In this document: piece by piece, positions 59,004 to 64,000 of the stretch
How the letters are laid out: the number at the start of each line of letters is the position of its first letter
How positions within the stretch are numbered: the stretch's first letter is position 1
Source of the DNA: Methanobacteriota archaeon
GTDB lineage: Archaea > Thermoplasmatota > Thermoplasmata > SG8-5 > DAIRED01
Direction: 5' to 3'
DNA length: 64,000 nucleotides
NCBI GenBank assembly: GCA_043799545.1
Contig: JAZDNO010000023.1
Location: 9,360 to 73,359 of the forward strand
Made by a program: the position numbers and the translations under genes
Notes under the pieces: generated by a model
Databases searched by the model: none
What the model was told of the DNA's origin: nothing
The model's input: the letters and a program-made list of their open reading frames with translations, nothing else

Positions 59004-59744
59004 ATGGAATACGCTTCTCTGGGTGTGCAGGCTCTCGACAAGGCGCTGGACGGCGGGATTCCGAAGGGCCAGACATTGCTGGTCACGGGCACGCCAGGCT
59101 GCGGAATCGAGCTCTTCGCCAAGCAGTTCGCTGCCGCGGGCGTGGGTTCGGAGTCCGTCGTCTACATAGCCACAGCCGAGCTCGACGAGGAAGTGCTCAG
59201 CACCATGAAGAAGTTCGGATGGCGCGAGGACATCAAGATAATCAACATAGGCTCCAGGTACTACGAGAACGTCCTGGCCAAGCGCCTCGAGGTATCGAAG
59301 CGCAGGTACGAGGGGCTGACCATGAAGGACATAATGCGCCATACGGGTCCCGTGCTGGACGAGGACCGAATCAACTTCCTCACCGCCCTGACGTACGAAG
59401 TCTCGAGCATCCCGCCCCCGTTCAGGCTCGTCGTGGATTCGCTGGACTTCTTCCTGGAGTACTACGAGCACGGGAACGTGCTCTCGGCCCTGAGGACGAT
59501 AAAGGCGCACGCGCAGCATAGCAACAGCCTCGCCCTGTTCACGATGCTGAAGGACGTCTACGACCCGCGCACGGCGAGCGGGATAGAGGAAATCGTCGAC
59601 GTCGTCATAGAGTTGGAGAGGCAGCGGGAGGGGATGGAGTTCGTGCGCAACGTGCTCATCAAGAAGGTACGGAACCACCCCGAGAAGACTGGCATCTTCC
59701 CGATAGACATCGGCGCCAAGGGCTTCACGGCCAAGTCGAGATGA
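59004..59744 (+). CDS. RAD55/KaiC-like protein with degenerate Walker A
   Basis: SLGVQALDKALDGGIPKG, GTPGCGIE (catalytic Lys absent), RLVVDSL, IKKVRNHP. Confidence 0.88.
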   Translation: MEYASLGVQALDKALDGGIPKGQTLLVTGTPGCGIELFAKQFAAAGVGSESVVYIATAELDEEVLSTMKKFGWREDIKIINIGSRYYENVLAKRLEVSKRRYEGLTMKDIMRHTGPVLDEDRINFLTALTYEVSSIPPPFRLVVDSLDFFLEYYEHGNVLSALRTIKAHAQHSNSLALFTMLKDVYDPRTASGIEEIVDVVIELERQREGMEFVRNVLIKKVRNHPEKTGIFPIDIGAKGFTAKSR

Positions 59745-59833
59745 GAGGGCATCGGCCAGCGTATTATATATTGATGCGGAATCGTCAAAAAGCGTATGTG
59801 TTGGTCGGCAATTTTGCTAAATGATAGCGAAGG

Positions 59834-59890
59834 TTTTATATACTGCGAGAGCGAATTAGCGTTCAGTAGGCAGAAATGTCTACAGGAGGA
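59834..59890 (+). promoter_or_regulatory. TATA box (TTTTATATA 59834-59842) and SD (AGGAGGA 59884-59890) of pilin 1
   Basis: Consensus motifs upstream of ATG 59897. Confidence 0.55.
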
Positions 59891-59896
59891 CAAAAC

Positions 59897-60388
59897 ATGA
59901 AACGAATATGGAGGAACAAGGAAGGTGTCTCGCCGGTCATTGCGACCATTCTGATGGTCGCGATTACCGTCGTGTTGGCCGCTGTGCTGTACGTTATGGT
60001 CAGCGGTTACATGACGGGCGGCGGCGGAACGCCTCTGAGCGGGTCGTTGACATACAGGACGTCGGATTCGACCCCGAACTCTGGAGTGGCAAAGGCGGAA
60101 GTCAGCGTCACCGCCCCGTCCAACGGGCTGTGCTCAGACTACGGGATAACCGTAACGGACCCATGGGACGGCTCGACTGGGAAGATGACGTACGACACGG
60201 GAACTGAGGAATGGACCGATGGGAACATAACTGTCACCATTACCCATCTGGTCAGCGACGCCACGCACATCCAGGGCGGCGACAGGCTGGTACTCACGAA
60301 CACTGATGACGAACCCGTAAATGGCTACGAAGTCATTGTCAGCGTGACTGGGTACTCCGGCACGATGAGCTTCAAGGTGCCGGTCTAA
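59897..60388 (+). CDS. Archaeal type IV pilin (class III signal peptide)
   Basis: MKRIWRNKEG|VSPVIATILMVAITVVLAAVLYVMV. Confidence 0.93.
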   Translation: MKRIWRNKEGVSPVIATILMVAITVVLAAVLYVMVSGYMTGGGGTPLSGSLTYRTSDSTPNSGVAKAEVSVTAPSNGLCSDYGITVTDPWDGSTGKMTYDTGTEEWTDGNITVTITHLVSDATHIQGGDRLVLTNTDDEPVNGYEVIVSVTGYSGTMSFKVPV

Positions 60389-60543
60389 GCGCCTTGAGCA
60401 AAACCCTTTCCTTTTCATTTCTCCGTTTTCAAATTCGTTGCTTTTTTTCGTATCACATCCATTGTACATTTATCCACATCGGAAAAACATATATATGGGG
60501 TGGATATATACATAAATGCAGGTAAATCTGTGGAAGGATATTG

Positions 60544-61005
60544 ATGAAAATCCTATATCGAAAAAGCTGGATGGGGAAGCGAGGCGTATCGCCAGTCATA
60601 GCCACGATACTGATGGTTGCGATAACTGTCGTTCTGGCAGCCGTTCTGTACGTCATGGTGAGCGGGTACATGCAGGGGGGATCCACGACCCCCGTGAGCG
60701 GAGCATTGACTTATGACATGGGGCTGTCCAATGCAAACCAGGGGGAAGCTACGTTCCAGTTTGCCATAAGCAATCCGGCCAATACGCTCTATTCGGAGAT
60801 AGCCATTAAAATCTTGGACCCGGATGGCAACCTCACAAACGATCTTAATTATACCTGGCAGCATTTGGCGAGCGATTCCGTTCACGTCGCCACCGGTGAC
60901 AGACTCGTAATCACCCACCCGGCCGGCGACAGCGTGAGGCGTTATGAGGTAGTCGTGACAGTTACTGGGTACACGGGCGTTATTGCAGGAACGGTGCCGG
61001 CGTAA
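60544..61005 (+). CDS. Archaeal type IV pilin, paralog 2
   Basis: KRG|VSPVIATILMVAITVVLAAVLYVMV; own AT-rich upstream region; T-rich tract after pilin 1. Confidence 0.92.
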   Translation: MKILYRKSWMGKRGVSPVIATILMVAITVVLAAVLYVMVSGYMQGGSTTPVSGALTYDMGLSNANQGEATFQFAISNPANTLYSEIAIKILDPDGNLTNDLNYTWQHLASDSVHVATGDRLVITHPAGDSVRRYEVVVTVTGYTGVIAGTVPA

Positions 61006-61023
61006 ACCCAGCTGAAACCCCTT

Positions 61024-61683
61024 TCAACCCTTCTTCTTCAATTTATATAGATAGACCATGGACCCGTACATCCTCCTCTCGCTCTCCACAGCCAGCTCCG
61101 GAACCTTTGCCAGGATGGCCTCCGGCTTGCGATCGATGTGCGTGTAGCCGGAGACCATCGCAGCTCCAGTCATGAGCGCGTGCACAGGCCCGTACGCCTT
61201 CTTCTTCGGCGGCCCCGTGTCCAGCAGCGCGAACGTCCCCCCTGGCGCAAGAATCCTCGCGGCCTCGCGCACGAACGCATCCGGGTCGGGAACGGTCGTC
61301 AGCGTGAACGTCGCAATTACCTTTGGCACGCTCCCGTCCCGGAACGGCAGGCGCTCCAGGTCGCCTAGCACAGCGATGGAGCCAGGCGCGCGGTCCCTGG
61401 CCTTTACCAGCATCCTGTGAGATATGTCGACGGCGATAGTCACAGCGCTGCCCTCCAGAATCCACGGGAGTATTGCCCCGGTCCCCGTGCCGAGGTCGAC
61501 GACCAGTTCATCCGGCTGAATATCCAGCGCCTCGACCGCCATGCGTCTCCAGCGCTCCTGCGCCTTCCCGCCCGACGCATCGACCGCGTCGTACCAGCGG
61601 CTCCATTTGTCGTAGCGACGCGCGACGCGCTCCTTCCTGGCGTTGCCCCCGGCAGGCCCGTCCCGCTTGCTCCTAGGCGTCAC
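61024..61683 (-). CDS. Class I SAM-dependent methyltransferase (UbiE-like)
   Basis: YD.WS.WYD, VVDLGTGTG, AVDISHRML, GDLERLPF, RILAPGG. Start uncertain (GTG 61683 chosen). Confidence 0.85.
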   Translation of the reverse strand: MTPRSKRDGPAGGNARKERVARRYDKWSRWYDAVDASGGKAQERWRRMAVEALDIQPDELVVDLGTGTGAILPWILEGSAVTIAVDISHRMLVKARDRAPGSIAVLGDLERLPFRDGSVPKVIATFTLTTVPDPDAFVREAARILAPGGTFALLDTGPPKKKAYGPVHALMTGAAMVSGYTHIDRKPEAILAKVPELAVESERRMYGSMVYLYKLKKKG

Positions 61684-61724
61684 GCTGGCTCCGATGCGCT
61701 GGCATGGTAAAAAGGTTTGCAAAC

Positions 61725-61733
61725 TTATATATA
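61725..61733. promoter_or_regulatory. Bidirectional TATA element between methyltransferase and Lrp-like gene
   Basis: TTATATATA in a short divergent intergenic region. Confidence 0.5.
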
Positions 61734-61763
61734 CGTCCGTCATCGTCCCACCATGGGAGACAC

Positions 61764-61994
61764 ATGCTAACCTGTTTCGTGCTTGTGAACGTCGAGGCGA
61801 AGAAGGAGAACGAGGTCTACGACCTCCTCATGAAGTGTCCTGAGGTTGAGGGCGTCAGGGAGGTTTTTGGGGAATACGACCTCATAGTCCGGGTCGAGTC
61901 CCGCAACCTGAAGGAGCTCAGGAAGATAATCATCGACAAGATACGCAGCATACCGGGCGTGCTGGCGACTACGACTCTCGTGACGGCGGAATGA
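61764..61994 (+). CDS. Stand-alone Lrp/AsnC ligand-binding (RAM) domain protein
   Basis: CFVLVNV..VFGEYDLIVRV..IRSIPGV..TTTL; 76 aa, no HTH. Confidence 0.9.
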   Translation: MLTCFVLVNVEAKKENEVYDLLMKCPEVEGVREVFGEYDLIVRVESRNLKELRKIIIDKIRSIPGVLATTTLVTAE

Positions 61995-62108
61995 ACCGGG
62001 GCCGTCGCGACTCTGGTAAATGCGGAATAAGGCATTATACAATCCGGGCAAGCGAATGCGTGCTGTTGGACAAGGCTTTTATTCAAGGGTGGCTTCACAG
62101 TCCTAACT

Positions 62109-64000
62109 ATGGCCGATACCTACGACGCGAAGACAATCGAGCCGAAGTGGCAGGACCAATGGGAAGCCCTGGGAGTCCACCACTTCAAATGGCCCAGCGA
62201 TCGCCCGATTTACTCGATAGACGTCCCGCCGCGCTACGCCAACGCGGCGCTGCACCTCGGTCACGCCACGAGCTATTCCCACATAGATTTCCTGGCGAGG
62301 TACAAGCGGATGCGCGGGTTCAACGTATTCAACCCGCTCTGCGCCGACACCAACGGGATGCCAATCGAAATCGCCGTGGAGAAGCGCCACAAGATCACCA
62401 AGAAATCCTTGCCGCGGCAGGAGTACCTGAGGCTCTGCACCCAGTTCGCCAACGAGAACATCGGCGCGATGACAAGGCAGTTCAAGTTGCTCGGCCATTC
62501 TTTCGACAAGAGCCTGTTCTACCAGACCGATTCGCCAGAGTACCGCAAAATCACCCAGATAACGTTCCTCCGCATGCTGGAGAAGGGGCTCGTCTACAAG
62601 GGGACGGCGCCCGTAATATGGTGCCCCACGTGCATCACCGCCATCGCCGACCCTGAGATGGAGTACAGGACCCGCAACACGACTCTCAACTGGATAAGGT
62701 TCGCGGAGGCTGGTTCGGGAACCGCGGTGGAAATCGCCACGACGCGCCCGGAGCTCATCTGCACGTGCCAGCTCGTCGCCGTGCACCCGGAGGACGCGCG
62801 CTACCAGAGCCTCGTCGGAAAGGAGCTTCTCACGCCAGTCTACAAACGGCCAGTCAAGGTCGTGGCTGACAAGAGCGTGGACAAGGAATTCGGAACCGGC
62901 GTCGTGATGATTTGCAGCGTCGGCGACACCGGGGACCTTGAGTGGATTTACAAGTACGGCCTGAAGATGGAGAAGGGGATTGACGAGGAGGGCCGCATGA
63001 CGGAGCTGGCAGGGAAGTATGAAGGCCAGGCGGTTTCCGATGCCCGCAAGGGAATAATCGCCGACATGAAGGAGTCCGGCGAGCTGATTAAGCAGGAGCC
63101 GCTGGAGCAGAACGTGGGCACCTGCTGGCGCTGCCACACCCCGACCGAATTCCTCCTCAAGACGCAGTGGTTCCTGAAAACTCTGGATTACAAAGATGAC
63201 GTCCTCGCGGCATCGAAAACGATGAACTGGCACCCGAAGCACATGGAGACTCGGCTCGTGAACTGGGTCACCTCGCTCAACCGAGACTGGGTCATATCGC
63301 GCCAGAGGCTCTTCGCCACTCCGATTCCGATATGGGAATGCGAGAAGTGCGCGAAGGTCGTCCCGGCCAAGGAGTCGCAGTGCTACGTCGACCCGACCAG
63401 GGACAAAGCTCCCGCGGCGTCGTGCCCGGATTGCGGCGGCCCGCTCAGGGGCTGCGAGGAAGTGTTCGACACATGGATGGATTCGTCGATTTCCCCTCTT
63501 TACAACAGCTTCTGGCTCCGCGACGAGGAGAAGTTCAAGGCCATCTACCCGATGTCCGTCCGCCCGCAGGCGCACGAGATCATCCGAACCTGGGCTTTCT
63601 ACACCATCACCAAGAGCTGGATGCACGAAAATTCCGTGCCGTGGCACAACGCCGCCATCAGCGGCTGGGTGGTAAGCCCGGACAAGGGCAAGATGAGCAA
63701 GTCAAAGGGGAACACCGTCACGCCCGAGGGCCTGCTGGAGACCTACTCGGCCGACGCACTGCGCTACTGGAGCGGCAAGGCCAAGCTGGGCCAGGACACG
63801 GTCTACGACGAGAGCGTCTTCAAGGTAGGCATGCGCCTGGCCACCAAACTCTACAACGCCGCAAAATTCACGATGCTGCAGCTCAAAAGCCCGGCGGCGG
63901 CTGAAGCGCCGCTGACGGCGGCCGACATCACCGAGCCGCTGGACCTGGCCTGGGCGGCCCGCGTGAAGGAACTGGCGGAGGCTTCCCGCGCGGATTTTGA
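62109..64000 (+). CDS. valS: Valine--tRNA ligase, archaeal type (3'-partial; missing from the ORF track because it runs off the window)
   Basis: My translation from ATG 62109: IDVPPRY..LHLGH, WCPTCITAIAD, ATTRPEL, GTGVVMIC, DWVISRQR, DTWMDSS, QAHEIIRTW, KMSKSKGN. Open to the window end. Confidence 0.96.
   Translation, partial: MADTYDAKTIEPKWQDQWEALGVHHFKWPSDRPIYSIDVPPRYANAALHLGHATSYSHIDFLARYKRMRGFNVFNPLCADTNGMPIEIAVEKRHKITKKSLPRQEYLRLCTQFANENIGAMTRQFKLLGHSFDKSLFYQTDSPEYRKITQITFLRMLEKGLVYKGTAPVIWCPTCITAIADPEMEYRTRNTTLNWIRFAEAGSGTAVEIATTRPELICTCQLVAVHPEDARYQSLVGKELLTPVYKRPVKVVADKSVDKEFGTGVVMICSVGDTGDLEWIYKYGLKMEKGIDEEGRMTELAGKYEGQAVSDARKGIIADMKESGELIKQEPLEQNVGTCWRCHTPTEFLLKTQWFLKTLDYKDDVLAASKTMNWHPKHMETRLVNWVTSLNRDWVISRQRLFATPIPIWECEKCAKVVPAKESQCYVDPTRDKAPAASCPDCGGPLRGCEEVFDTWMDSSISPLYNSFWLRDEEKFKAIYPMSVRPQAHEIIRTWAFYTITKSWMHENSVPWHNAAISGWVVSPDKGKMSKSKGNTVTPEGLLETYSADALRYWSGKAKLGQDTVYDESVFKVGMRLATKLYNAAKFTMLQLKSPAAAEAPLTAADITEPLDLAWAARVKELAEASRADF

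Noticed and set aside
58092-59678. 528-aa minus-strand ORF
   Set aside because: Shadow of the three KaiC-like genes. Long antisense ORFs are expected at this GC content.
62103-63647. 514-aa minus-strand ORF
   Set aside because: Antisense shadow of valS, which occupies the plus strand with all expected motifs.
1-64000. CRISPR array, rRNA, tRNA or IS element
   Set aside because: No spaced direct repeats, cloverleaf, rRNA motifs or transposase were recognised. All repeats seen lie in coding domains.
48853-64000. Three aminoacyl-tRNA ligase genes within ~15 kb
   Set aside because: They lie on different strands with separate promoters. Most simply ordinary core-genome backbone.

Overview
GC-rich archaeal chromosome segment, most likely Thermoplasmatota (inferred from archaeal-type ProRS/LeuS/ValS, TATA promoters, GGAGG/GGTG ribosome-binding sites, archaeal type IV pilins, KaiC/RAD55 paralogs and an archaeosortase). 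No rRNA, tRNA, CRISPR array, transposase or integrase was seen. Most of the window is a roughly 47-kb cell-surface locus (about 7.4-54.4 kb). It starts with a glycosylation block (GT4, flippase, NDP-sugar epimerase) and an archaeosortase fused to a C4HC3 RING/PHD-like finger. Next are five secreted proteins built by shuffling shared modules, including an unrecognised ~150-aa domain present five times. Then come a ~6,085-aa protein with cytoplasmic zinc ribbons, an N-terminal membrane anchor, 35 DUF11/isopeptide-type repeats and a C-terminal PEF-CTERM-like signal, two membrane-anchored Ig-like proteins, and a triple beta-propeller protein whose propellers sit inside CARDB domains. Two KaiC/RAD55 clusters, two type IV pilins and housekeeping genes (nnr, prs, proS, leuS, partial valS) complete the window. 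The best candidate for an undescribed system is this modular surface-protein array with its dual-anchored giant protein and finger-fused archaeosortase. All family assignments come from motif recognition by eye; no searches were run.
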